This document shows, piece by piece, positions 11,759 to 21,796 of a stretch of DNA of 64,000 nucleotides (its first letter is position 1; each line of letters begins with the position of its first letter). Origin of the DNA: an uncultured Phycisphaerales bacterium (lineage in GTDB: Bacteria > Planctomycetota > Phycisphaerae > Tepidisphaerales > Tepidisphaeraceae); NCBI GenBank assembly GCA_963755915.1, contig CAVWLP010000002.1, forward strand, positions 1,792,001-1,856,000, written 5' to 3'. A program made the translations under genes and the position numbers. The notes below the pieces were generated by a model, which did no database searches, was not told where the DNA came from, and saw only the letters and a list, made by a program, of their open reading frames with translations.

Positions 11759-12477
11759 TCCGCTTCTCCTGCCCGGGGTGTGGGCGGAAATTCACCGTCC
11801 CAAATCTCTACGCCGGCAAAAAAGCCAAGTGCAAGACCTGCGATCACGATATCGTGGTTCCGCAATCGACGGATGCGCCGCCGGTTCCGCAGCCGGTGAA
11901 ATCGAATGAAAAACTTCCCGTTCGCACGCGCCGGCTGATTGCCGAGCAGCAGCAGATGCGGCAGGCGTTCAGCAGGGGGGCGCTGATCCGGCTCATGCAC
12001 GTCATCGGCAGCCCGGCTGAGGTGTACAAGGTGGAGTTCAAAATCCGCGGGGTTGAATCGCTTGAATCCGACCAACCGGTCTTTCGCGGCAATCACGTCG
12101 CGGAGATCCGGCTGACGCGCGACTACCCGCGGCTGGCGCCGGCTTGCCGGATGCTTACGCCGATTTTTCACCCCAATATCGATGAATCGACGATCTGCGT
12201 CGGCGATCACTGGGTGGCGGGGGAGCGGCTGACCGACCTGGTTATCCGGATCGGGCAGATGATCGCCTATCAGCAGTACAACATTAAAAGCCCGCTCAAT
12301 GGTGAAGCGGCGATGTGGGCCGATCTCAATCCTGATTTGCTTCCGATCGATGCCCGCGATCTTTATCCGCCGGAACGGCCCAAGGAGCCGCAGCCGATTG
12401 CCGCTCCCGCTGGTGGATCTTCAATTGCTCCAAGTCCCGGCGACCAGAGTCCACGCACCGAAGGCGAGCAGGCATAA
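11755..12477 (+). CDS. Zn-ribbon + ubiquitin-conjugating E2 enzyme
   Basis: ATGA overlap with the upstream stop; MIRFSCPGC-x16-CKTC; DYPRLAP..LTPIFHPNIDESTICVGDHW..SPLNGEAA (HPN motif and catalytic Cys). Confidence 0.93.
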   Translation: MIRFSCPGCGRKFTVPNLYAGKKAKCKTCDHDIVVPQSTDAPPVPQPVKSNEKLPVRTRRLIAEQQQMRQAFSRGALIRLMHVIGSPAEVYKVEFKIRGVESLESDQPVFRGNHVAEIRLTRDYPRLAPACRMLTPIFHPNIDESTICVGDHWVAGERLTDLVIRIGQMIAYQQYNIKSPLNGEAAMWADLNPDLLPIDARDLYPPERPKEPQPIAAPAGGSSIAPSPGDQSPRTEGEQA

Positions 12478-13952
12478 AACCAGGGCGAGGTAGAGCCGGC
12501 GCATAAAGCGGTCGAAGTCGGCAGTTCGGTGCGAATCGCGGCTGAGGAATTCCAGGAAATGCATCCGCTTGGCGATGCTGCCGTGGCACCAGCTTCGGGC
12601 GGCTACGGGGATATTGTTTACCGCGGCGACGCGCTCGAGGGCGGAACAGAAGACGGCCGCCCCGCGGCGTCCGACGTAATCCGCCTGGGTGTCCTCTTCC
12701 AACAGGGCCGTTTGCGTTGTCGGCCCATCCATCATTGCTTCGACGGTCGCGAAGGTTTCCTGCGGCTGATCGCGAGAAATCTCCTGGATCGCGCGGGCTG
12801 CGAAGACATCCGCCTGGCGCTCAAACTTGCGGCTGACAAATCCAAACGCCAGGGCGAAGAGCCCCATAGAGCCGGCCAGAAGCAGGGCGATCTGAACCGG
12901 CTCGACGAGCCAGTCGTAGCGGGCGTGGAGCGATGTCATCGCGTTGACGAGAATCTGGCCCGGCCCGGCGAAGGCGAGCATGAGGGCCATGATCGCGGCC
13001 ATGAGCCAAATCAGGTGGCGGTGCATGACGTGACCGATTTCGTGGGCGAAGATGGCCTCGATTTGCTCGTCGTGCATCGTCTCCAGCAGCAGGTCGCTGA
13101 GCAGCACGTAGCGGAAGCGCGGGACGAATCCCATGACGGCGGCGTTGCCCATCTGGTTTTCGGTTTTCCAGAGAAGCACGTCGCGATAGCGCACGCCATG
13201 CCGGCGGGCGATTTCGGCCAGCTTGTCTTTCAGGGGGCAATCGGGAAGGGGCTCGGTTCGCAGGACACGGCGGAGAATTTCGGGGCCGAAGATGATCAGC
13301 ATGCCGACGGCCGGGAGGGTTACCAGCGCATCGACCATGTCCTCGCGCTGAGCCATCGCCGGAACGAACTGCATAATCAGGGTGAGGCTATCGTGGACGG
13401 TCACCAGCAGAATTGCGGGGGCGAGCGTGAAAAGAAGCTGCAATCGGAGGTTTACCAGGAAATAGGTGCGGAAGGATGGTGGCCTCTGAACCGGGAGATT
13501 TTCGTTGAGCTGAATGAGAATGTTCTGTTCCCGGAGGGCTCGGTCGGCGGGGAACTGGGCCCACCAGATTCCCATCCAGGAGAGAAATGAGGGCAAACAG
13601 CCGAGAAGCAGGCCTGGCGCATCGAGGGGCAATCGCCCAAAGGCCGTGCGGTCGAGCACGGCGTCGATGAGCGCCCGCCAGCCCAATGCAAAGACTCCGA
13701 CGCCAAGCCACACGGGGATCAGAATCCTGCTGGCGTAGATGACGAAATTGAAAATCCGCAGGCGGCGCTGAACGTGATTGAAATGCGCCGCCCGGGCGAC
13801 GTGGCGGCTCCAGAGCCCGAGGACCAGAATCACAGCGGCATATCCGCCGAGAAAATCGCGCATCCAGCGGCGGACGAGAGTGCGCCGACCGGGGCGAGCT
13901 GCGGGCCGGTCAGCCAGATCACCAGGATAATGAGGGGCAGAAAGCGGGACAT
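12421..13952 (-). CDS. M48 family (Ste24/HtpX-like) membrane zinc metalloprotease (frameshift near 13852)
   Basis: GNAAVMG, AIFAHEIGH, SRKFERQAD, HGSIAKR; multiple TM helices; rejoined N-terminus MSRFLPLIILVIW. Confidence 0.9.
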
Positions 13953-14053
13953 CTTTGGTGCCGTTCAACCCTATCGGAGATAGCAAAAATTGTCGAGAAA
14001 ATTTCACGGTTCGGAAGCTGAAGGGACGGGGCGGAACCTGGCAATTTCGCGGT

Positions 14054-14950
14054 TTATTCGCCCATCTGCTGGGACGACGATTGGGCGTTGTGCAGATAGC
14101 CGGTAATCGTGACGGCACAGACCACACCCACGGCAATCACAACAGGAATTGCCCGGATTGCCAGCCTCACCCATCCGGATCGTTTTTTGATTGCGGGCAG
14201 ATCGCCGACCAGCGCCAGCAGCGGCGTGGCAAGCAATATCGCGATCCATCCCTGCTGTGCGCCGGTGAGAGTATCGTCCGTATAAAAATAGGCGTGCACG
14301 AGCAAGAGCTGGAGCATGAGGACGATGGCCTCGGAGAGGCCGTGCGAAAAGGTGATGCGCCTGCCTATCGCTTCGAGGATCACGACGATCAGGCAGACGA
14401 ATGCCAGGGAACCGGCCATCGCGCCGGAGCTGAGAATGTGCCAGCCGAGGGCCATGACGATGGCGGCAGCCGCGGAGATGCCGCCGAGGATCAGCGGTGC
14501 GGTCATCGCGGGCTCGGTCTGGGCAAGCGATTCGAATGCAAACCACCAGAGCAGGGTCGCCAGGGTGGAGACGTCGATCCACATTTCGGCGTCGTTGGGT
14601 GAGATTGATCTGGGAATCTGCGGCGCGAGCAGCAGACGAACCGCGAGGCGCCAGAAGATAATCAGCACGACAGTCCGGACCCAGATGGGGGGCCGGAAAA
14701 GGCTGTCGGCGAAGCTCAAAACGCCGGCCGTTACGCCGAAATAGAAGAGGAGATAGAGGACATTGGCCGAGGGCGGCCAGCCGGGTTTGGTCTCGAGGTT
14801 CCAGAAGGCGATTCCAAACCCGGCTGCCGCCGCCAGTCCCAGGACGCACCGGGCGGTGGGATGCAGCTTCCACAGCAGCAGGGCGATGACGGCGACCAAC
14901 AGCGCCGGCACGACCAGGCCACCGACGATTTGCGTTCCGGTGAACGGCAT
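14054..14950 (-). CDS. Hypothetical polytopic membrane protein
   Basis: 298 aa with about 9 hydrophobic segments; co-directional with yceI and the M48 gene. Confidence 0.75.
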   Translation of the reverse strand: MPFTGTQIVGGLVVPALLVAVIALLLWKLHPTARCVLGLAAAAGFGIAFWNLETKPGWPPSANVLYLLFYFGVTAGVLSFADSLFRPPIWVRTVVLIIFWRLAVRLLLAPQIPRSISPNDAEMWIDVSTLATLLWWFAFESLAQTEPAMTAPLILGGISAAAAIVMALGWHILSSGAMAGSLAFVCLIVVILEAIGRRITFSHGLSEAIVLMLQLLLVHAYFYTDDTLTGAQQGWIAILLATPLLALVGDLPAIKKRSGWVRLAIRAIPVVIAVGVVCAVTITGYLHNAQSSSQQMGE

Positions 14951-14962
14951 AGACCGATGGGG

Positions 14963-15540
14963 TTATTGCTTGACCGCTTCAATCGCGACGATGATGTGAA
15001 TCTCATCGGCGATCATGGGCGCGGATCCTTCACCATGCCGAAATCTGAGCGATTGATGGTGAAATCGGCGCGGAATCCGGCGCGGGTCTGGCCCATCATC
15101 GAGCCGGTGCCGGTGTATTCCATCGGCACGGTGATCGACTTGGTCACGCCCTTGAGCGTCAGATCGCCGGTGACGGACATTGTCTTGTCACCCGTCTTGG
15201 TCACGCTCGTGCTTTTGAACGTCATCGCGGGGAACTGCTTGACGTCGAAGAAATCCGGGCCTTTCAGATCGTTGTCGCGCCTGTCATTGCGGGTGCTGAG
15301 CGTGTCGGTGTCGACGCTCAGATTGAAACTCGTTTGCGTCAGGTCGTCGGGGGAAAATGTGACGTCGCCTGTCGGCCCGGCAAATGATCCATATACGTAT
15401 CCCGCGCCGAGGTGATGGACGTCAAAGACCACGAACGAATGCACGGGATCCGCCTGGTAAGCATCCGCTCGCGCGGTGGCGGCCAGCGCCATCAGCATTC
15501 CAAGAACTAGTGCTCCGAGAGAAAACAGTTTCCGGTTCAT
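14963..15540 (-). CDS. yceI: YceI family periplasmic lipid/polyisoprenoid-binding protein (frameshift near C-terminus)
   Basis: Signal peptide, DPVHSFVVF, RDNDLKGPDFFDVKQFP, GDLTLKGVTK, INRSDFGM; rejoined tail IADEIHIIVAIEAVKQ*. Confidence 0.9.
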
Positions 15541-15583
15541 ACGGTCTCCTTGTGTAAGAAATCCTTGTGACACCATTGTACGT

Positions 15584-16066
15584 TCAACATTTGGTTTCCT
15601 CGTCCTGGCCGCGGGCTTCTTCCAATAGCTCCAGCAGCGACGAGAGCTTTTCCTTTGACATATGACCCAGGGCGCGCTGGTTCAATTCCGTCATGATCGG
15701 GTCCAGATCCGCGAGGAGCGTCTGGCCTGCCGGTGTGATGGTTGTGTGAACCACTCGCCGGTCGGCGGTCTGACGTTGGCGCTGGACCAGACCTCGCGAT
15801 TCAAGGCGATCGAGCAGGCGGGTCAGGTCGGCATCGCGGGTGATCATCCGGCGGGCGATTTCCTGGCAGGCGATGCCCAGCGGCGACATTCCCCGCAAGA
15901 TTCTCAGGACGTTGTACTGAGTTGGGGTTAACCCGGCAGTCTTCAGCCCGGCCTCGGCCTTGCCCATGAGGCGATCAGCCGTTCGCAGCAGGTTCAGCAC
16001 CACCTCCTGCTCCAGCGAGGTGAAGGGGTCGCGTTTTCCAATCTCCTTCTGGAGTTTGCCGGACAT
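15584..16066 (-). CDS. MarR family transcriptional regulator
   Basis: LTPTQYNVLRIL, DLTRLLDRLESRGLV, DRRVVHTTITPAG. Confidence 0.93.
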   Translation of the reverse strand: MSGKLQKEIGKRDPFTSLEQEVVLNLLRTADRLMGKAEAGLKTAGLTPTQYNVLRILRGMSPLGIACQEIARRMITRDADLTRLLDRLESRGLVQRQRQTADRRVVHTTITPAGQTLLADLDPIMTELNQRALGHMSKEKLSSLLELLEEARGQDEETKC

Positions 16067-16074
16067 ATCGAGTG

Positions 16075-16093
16075 ATTATAGTTGTTTAAACAA
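16075..16093 (-). promoter_or_regulatory. -10 box (TATAAT) and adjacent palindrome TTGTTTAAACAA, probable MarR operator
   Basis: TATAAT 8 nt before the marR ATG; perfect 12-bp palindrome at 16082-16093. Confidence 0.6.
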
Positions 16094-16251
16094 ATGTCGT
16101 CAATACATATAATTTAAATAGTGGTTTAGGTAACTGCCGATGGGGCAGAAAATTATTATCCCTTTTAAATAAAATACCCAAATTAACAAAGTCAGGGTTT
16201 GATATGGCCGATTCCTGATTTTGCCGGGCATTCCTACAACGAGGAGCGCGT

Positions 16252-16710
16252 ATGAGCCGAGTGATGTCGATGGTCAAAGAGGGTTCTGAAACGAGCAGCG
16301 AAAAGTCCTCCGGCGCCGATCGCCGGGAGCATCGCCGACACGATATCGAAAATCAGGATATTCCGATCGACCGCTGCGAATCGGGGAAGCATTCTGGGCA
16401 GACGTTCGGCAAGCTGGTGGATATTTCGGCGGGCGGGGTGCGCATCCGCACGTGCGAAAGCAACGTGAAGGCCGACCATCAGATCCGGGTTCGCCTGGAG
16501 CTTCCCAACTATGCGGGGATCAGCCCGTTCATTGCCGCCAACGGCAAAAACCTTTCGCCCAAGAGCGAGTGGGTTGGGTGGATGACGGTGAGCCGGGTGG
16601 CGAAGATCAGCAAGGAACAATACGACGTTGCGGGGCGGCTCGTGGACATGGACGAGATCGACCGCGGCATGCTGGGGCTGTACCTCTCGACGCAGCCTCT
16701 CGCGGCGTAA
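16252..16710 (+). CDS. PilZ domain protein (c-di-GMP receptor)
   Basis: RREHRR (RxxxR) and DISAGG (DxSxxG) motifs; GAGGAG RBS. Confidence 0.8.
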   Translation: MSRVMSMVKEGSETSSEKSSGADRREHRRHDIENQDIPIDRCESGKHSGQTFGKLVDISAGGVRIRTCESNVKADHQIRVRLELPNYAGISPFIAANGKNLSPKSEWVGWMTVSRVAKISKEQYDVAGRLVDMDEIDRGMLGLYLSTQPLAA

Positions 16711-16742
16711 ACCGCGCTTTTAAGACAAATTGAACAACCCCA

Positions 16743-16801
16743 CCGGCCCCCGGGTTCTTATACCTTTCCGACCCGAGGGCCGGCCCCTATTTTTGGGGCC
16801 G
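16743..16801. terminator. GC-rich hairpins between convergent genes
   Basis: CCGGCCC.CGGGT..ACCCG.GGGCCGG and CGGCCCC..GGGGCCG stems. Confidence 0.55.
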
Positions 16802-16809
16802 ACTGATTT

Positions 16810-17858
16810 TTACTGCTTACCGACGACGATGATTTCGAAGGTGCCGGGGATAATCCGCGGTCGGTTGCGGCGCGGCCTTTCGCTTTGTTGCGTTGCGGCC
16901 GGCTGAGTGGCGGGGGCTTCGAACTGGGCGGTCACCAAGTAAATGTTGTGAGTCTTGGCGTCCAGGCGCAGGTCCTTGCGTTGCGGGCGGTCTGGACGTT
17001 CTGCTCGACTTCAAAGCTGCTGGGGCTGTTTTCTTTTACGACCGTCAGGGTGCCGTCGCCGTTGGAGGCGAATGCCTCGAGGGTGTCGGGATCAAATGTG
17101 CCGGCGTCGGTTCCGTCTCCGGTGGGTAAAGTCGCGAGGACTTTTCCGCTGTCGGCGTCGAGGACTTCCATGGTTGAATTTCCGCGGCAGGAGAAAATGC
17201 GGCGGTTTTTGGCATCGAGGCCCATTCCGGAGGGTCCTTCGCCATCGCCGCCGAGGGCGTAGCGCGCTGTTACTTTCATCGCGGTGGGATCAACGACGAC
17301 CACTTCGCTGGTGCTTTCGAGGTTGACGTAGACGTGGCCGGCCCCGTCGCTGGCTCCCTGCTCGGGCTCACCGCCGAGATCGATGGTGCCCAGGACGGCG
17401 CCGTCGTTTGCGTCGATGACGGTTTCGTTGGGATCGCGATGGCTTTCGCAGAAAATGCGCTTCGTGAAGGGGTCGAAGAATATCCCGTCCGGTCTTCCGG
17501 TGACCGTTATTTTCTTGATGGTTTTTAGCGTCTTGATGTCAAACATGGTCACGGAGGTATCGCCGCGGTTGGTGGTGAAGCCGTGCCCCGATGACGGGTC
17601 GATTGCAACGCCATGACAGCCCGGCGTATCGTCGAGCTCCCCGACTTTCTGCAGGGTGTCGGCGTCGTAGACATCAAAGCGGGTTGCCCGGGAGATATAA
17701 AGCTTTCGGTTGTCGGGATCGACGGTGAGGTAATCCCAACTTCCATCGCCGCCGACGGTGACTGTTTTCAGGACTTTGTAGGGCCCGCCGGTATCATCGG
17801 CGCGAACCATGGGGGACAACGCGAGCAGGACCCCAACCACCGCCAACCAGATTTTCAT
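16810..17858 (-). CDS. YncE/YVTN-type beta-propeller secreted protein (frameshift near 16970)
   Basis: Signal peptide, GGDGSWDYLTVD, HGVAID, repeated blades; rejoined tail IIPGTFEIIVVGKQ*. Confidence 0.85.
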
Positions 17859-17938
17859 GCTAGACTCCCTCTAAAATGGGCGGGTTTTATACACTGAGGC
17901 TGTGAAAGATGCATGAAAACCATTGAGAAATCAATCGT

Positions 17939-19613
17939 ATGAAAATCGCGCTGGCGCAAATCAATCCGACGGTCGGCGATATCAGTGCGAATTGTCGCAA
18001 GGCCGTCGAGTTTATCGAGCGGGCCAAGAATGCGCGGCGCAGCTGGTGGTTTTTCCGGAGCTGTCGATCATTGGGTATCCGCCGAAGGATTTGTTGCTGA
18101 AGCCGCAGTTCATTGAGGACAATCTTCGCGGGGTTCAATCGGTGGCGGGTTCGGTTCATGGGATTGACGCCGTCGTGGGGTATGCGGAGAGAAATACTGC
18201 GCCTGTGGGGCGGCCGCTGCACAATGCGGTGGCACTGATTCGGGAAGGGAAGATTGTCAGCCGGCATTTTAAGACGCTGCTGCCGACGTATGACGTGTTT
18301 GACGAGAGCCGGTATTTCGAGCCTGGGCCGGCGGGGGAAAAACAGAATCTGGTGCAGCTTGGGGCGGTGGTGGTGGGGCTTTCGATCTGCGAAGACCTGT
18401 GGAACGACGAGCGATTGATCGCCCGGCGGCTGTATCACCAGAATCCGATTGCGGACCTGCATTACGCGGGGGCGCAGATCATGATCAATACCAGCGCGAG
18501 CCCGTTCGTGGTCGGCAAGCATGAGTTCCGGGTGAAACTTTTTTCGTCGCAGGTGCGGCAGTTTGGGCAGCCGCTGGTTTATGTGAACCAGGTGGGGGGG
18601 AATGATGAGCTGATCTTCGACGGGAACAGCCTGGTGCTGGATTCGGGGGGAATCTGATTGCGCAGGCGAAGGATTTCGAGGAGGATTTGCTGGTTGTGGA
18701 TGTTCCGGTGGGGCAGGCGGGCAGTGCAACTCCGGGGCCGATTCATCGGGCCAGCGAAGGGATTGAATCTATCTACAAGGCGCTGCTTCTGGGACTTCGT
18801 GATTATGCGGGCAAGTGCGGGTTTTCCAGTGTTGTTGTAGGGCTTTCGGGGGGGATCGACTCGGCAGTCACGGCGGCGCTGGCGGTGGCGGCGCTGGGGA
18901 AAGATAAAGTCGTCGGCGTGGCGATGCCGAGCCGATTCAGCTCGGATGGTTCGCTGAGTGATGCTAAATCGCTGGCGGAATCGCTGGGGATTGAGTTTCA
19001 TGTGGTTCCGATCGAGGAAGTTCATGCTGCGTATGAACGGACGCTGGCGCCGGCGTTCGCGGGGCGGGGGCCGGATGTCACTGAAGAGAATCTCCAGGCG
19101 AGGATTCGCGGGGCGCTGCTGATGGCGTTCAGCAACAAGTTCAACCACCTTCTGCTGACGACGGGCAACAAGAGCGAAATTGCCGTGGGGTACTGCACGC
19201 TTTATGGAGATATGGCTGGCGGGCTGGCGATTATCTCCGACGTTCCGAAAACTACGATCTGGGAACTGGCGCGGTGGATGAACCGGAATTCGCCTTCGCC
19301 GGTGATCCCGCAGAGCAGCATTGACAAGGTGCCGAGTGCGGAGCTTCGGCCGAATCAGACCGATCAGGATTCGCTGCCACCGTACGATATTCTCGATGCG
19401 ATTTTAAATCGGTACGTCGAGGAAGAAAAAGGGGCGGGGGAGATCATTGCCGAGGGATTCGATCGCGAGACGGTGATGCGGGTGATTCGGCTGATCGACC
19501 GGAGCGAATATAAGCGTCGGCAGGCGGCGCCGGGGTTGAAGGTAACGAGCCGGGCGTTTGGTTTTGGGCGGCGGATGCCGATTGCGCAGAATTATCGGCA
19601 GGGTTTGCCGTGA
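17939..19613 (+). CDS. nadE: Glutamine-dependent NAD+ synthetase (frameshifted)
   Basis: MKIALAQINPTVGD, FPELSIIGYPP, ICEDLW nitrilase domain; GLSGGIDS, ENLQARIRG, TGNKSE, EYKRRQ. Confidence 0.96.
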
Positions 19614-19640
19614 ATGAGTGGGATTCACGAAGGTTTATGG

Positions 19641-19670
19641 ACGCGCTCCCCTGCGGGTCGCGGCTAAACG
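19641..19670 (+). repeat. REP-like element, family A (..CCCC..GGG..GCTAAAC)
   Basis: ACGCGCTCCCCTGCGGGTCGCGGCTAAACG; related copies at 23418, 27638, 40584, 44633. Confidence 0.75.
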
Positions 19671-19688
19671 AGAGGCGGGACGTCGCAT

Positions 19689-19952
19689 ATGGAATCGCCG
19701 AAGAATTCTCCGAGCAAACCTTCCGGCATCTGGTTCCCGGCCAAGCGGTACGGCTGGGGCTGGGGGGCGCCGGTGGCGTGGCAGGGATGGGTGGTCATGA
19801 TTGTGTGGATCGCGTTTCTGATTTTGGGGGCACCTGTGCTTGCGGAGCGGAACTGGATCGCATTTGCGGCATTTTTGATTGTCATGATTGGGGTACTCGT
19901 GGGCATTTGTTACGCGAAGGGGGAGTCGCCGCGGTGGCGGTGGGGGAAATGA
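19689..19952 (+). CDS. Small two-TM membrane protein (WFPAKRYGWGWG type)
   Basis: WFPAKRYGWGWGAPVAWQGW, two hydrophobic helices, KGESPRWRWG. Confidence 0.75.
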   Translation: MESPKNSPSKPSGIWFPAKRYGWGWGAPVAWQGWVVMIVWIAFLILGAPVLAERNWIAFAAFLIVMIGVLVGICYAKGESPRWRWGK

Positions 19953-20329
19953 GCACGTCATCTCACTCGAGCATTGTCGGGGTTGGATGGCTGGGTGGGC
20001 GGGGTGATCGATTCCCCATATTTCCCCAAAATTCCCCACTTTTTAGGGGCGTCGACGGTGTGGAGTTGGGTCTGACGATTGTGCCGGCGACAGATGACCC
20101 CGAATGCCCCATTTTTCCCCGATTTCGAGAAATTTTTTCCTGGGACTCCATCCGGGGGAGTTGACCGCCCGACACTTTTTGTTTTCGTGGGCAAAATGGC
20201 CGCTTTTTTTAATACAAAACGCAAATGCAATGCGGGGGCAAGGGAGAACCAGATAAGGCCCCAACAGTTTCTCCCTCGCCCCCGCACCCCCTCCACCCTC
20301 TTTCCCTTCCCCTGCTATGTTGGTTGTCA

Positions 20330-20656
20330 AGTGTGGGCCGCATTCGCCGCCTTTATTCTTTTGTCTTTTTAAGCTGTTGCTCGGCCTGTCAGTGTCCGCT
20401 CTGCATGGGCTGTTGCCATCATTGCGGCAACGCTCTTCCTGCTATCCGTACCTGGCGGTTTGCCAGTACACCATGGTCTAATACGTCCGTTGCAGGCGGT
20501 TCACGCTGACCCAATCTAACCGCCGAACGCTCAAGGGCGCTCATAGGGGAAAACGGGCGCGTTACACCGTGGCTCGTCTCTTTCACTTTTATTCCAAGCT
20601 CTTTATCCGTCGTCCATCCAGGCTCCAGAAGTTCGGGGACAACCTTGGCCGGCTTT
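20330..20656 (-). ncRNA. Candidate bridge/seek RNA region of the IS110 element
   Basis: Non-coding region inside the IS ends, downstream of the transposase as in IS1111 elements; contains 7-9 nt matches to the element junctions; boundaries are inferred. Confidence 0.5.
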
Positions 20657-21796
20657 TTACGCTGCCAGTTTCAAGCCCAGATCCTGCGCTTTGACCCGGC
20701 CGGTTTTGATCCGCCACAGGTCCACCGCCAGTTGCCGCGCCAAGGCCACCGCGGCTTTCTTGCGCATGGCTCTGGCTCCGGGGTTCTCGAAGACCTGCTT
20801 CCAGCGCTTCAGACGAAAATACTCCGGCTGGAACTTGGGCAGCAGCCACGCCAGTTCCACCAGCACCGTGCGCAGTCGGCGGTTGCCATGTTTGTCGATC
20901 GACAGATTCATCCGGCTCTGGCCTGAGGAGGATTCTCCAGGGCAAAGCCCGGTGTAGCTGGCGATCTGCCGGCGGTTCTGGAAGCGATTCCAGTCGACGA
21001 TCTCACGATCCAGCAGCTCATAGCTGAGGTGTCCGATTCCCTTGATCCGGGCCGATTCGCGGGACTTGGCCTCCGCGCAGAGCTGGCGGGTCAGTTCATC
21101 TCGCTTCTGGTCCATCATCTCTACCATCTCCAGGTCGCGGGCAAGCTCCTTGCGGATCGGTTCGATCAGTTCTGAGCCGTAGAGTTCTTCCAGCTTTTTC
21201 AGCAGCGGCTCACACGCCAGCGGCTCCCACCATTTTCCCGGGCGATGGATGCCGAGGCTGTGCAGCAGGCTTCGTCCACGGGCGATCCAGCGCTGCCGTT
21301 CCTTTCGGTAGGTGTTGCGCTCGCGCCCCAGGCGGCGGTGGATCTCCTGGGCCACCGTGGGGACACGCACCAGACGCAGCGCCGTCGTGTTGCCGGCGAG
21401 ATGCCGGTCCAGACGCGAGAGCAGTTCGGTGGCGTCGATCTTGTCGTTGACTCTCTTGCGGCCGCGGGACAGACGTTCGGGGGCACAGACCAGGCACTCT
21501 ACGCCCAGGGCGGTGGCTTCGCGGTGCAACGCGAAGCCGTAGGGACCGGCTTCGTAGACCATCACCACGCGTTTGGCCAGCGTCAGCTGCTTTTTGAGAA
21601 ACTCGATGAAGACGGCCGGCGAGAGTTTTTGGGCCGGTTGAATCCCCTGATGATCGACCATCCGTGCGAAGGTATATTGCTGGCTGTGGGTATCCACGCC
21701 GAGTTTGATCACCTCGTGCGACTGATTGGGCTTCGAGACTCTCTCCCCTCGAACTTGGGAGGCCTTGCGGCTACCTTTAGAAGAATTGTGTTTCAT
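20657..21796 (-). CDS. IS110 family transposase/recombinase
   Basis: DEDD motifs LGVDTH, YEAGPYGF, NDKIDA; C-terminal IKGIG, ASYTGLCPGESSSG, KHGNRRLR. Confidence 0.95.
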   Translation of the reverse strand: MKHNSSKGSRKASQVRGERVSKPNQSHEVIKLGVDTHSQQYTFARMVDHQGIQPAQKLSPAVFIEFLKKQLTLAKRVVMVYEAGPYGFALHREATALGVECLVCAPERLSRGRKRVNDKIDATELLSRLDRHLAGNTTALRLVRVPTVAQEIHRRLGRERNTYRKERQRWIARGRSLLHSLGIHRPGKWWEPLACEPLLKKLEELYGSELIEPIRKELARDLEMVEMMDQKRDELTRQLCAEAKSRESARIKGIGHLSYELLDREIVDWNRFQNRRQIASYTGLCPGESSSGQSRMNLSIDKHGNRRLRTVLVELAWLLPKFQPEYFRLKRWKQVFENPGARAMRKKAAVALARQLAVDLWRIKTGRVKAQDLGLKLAA

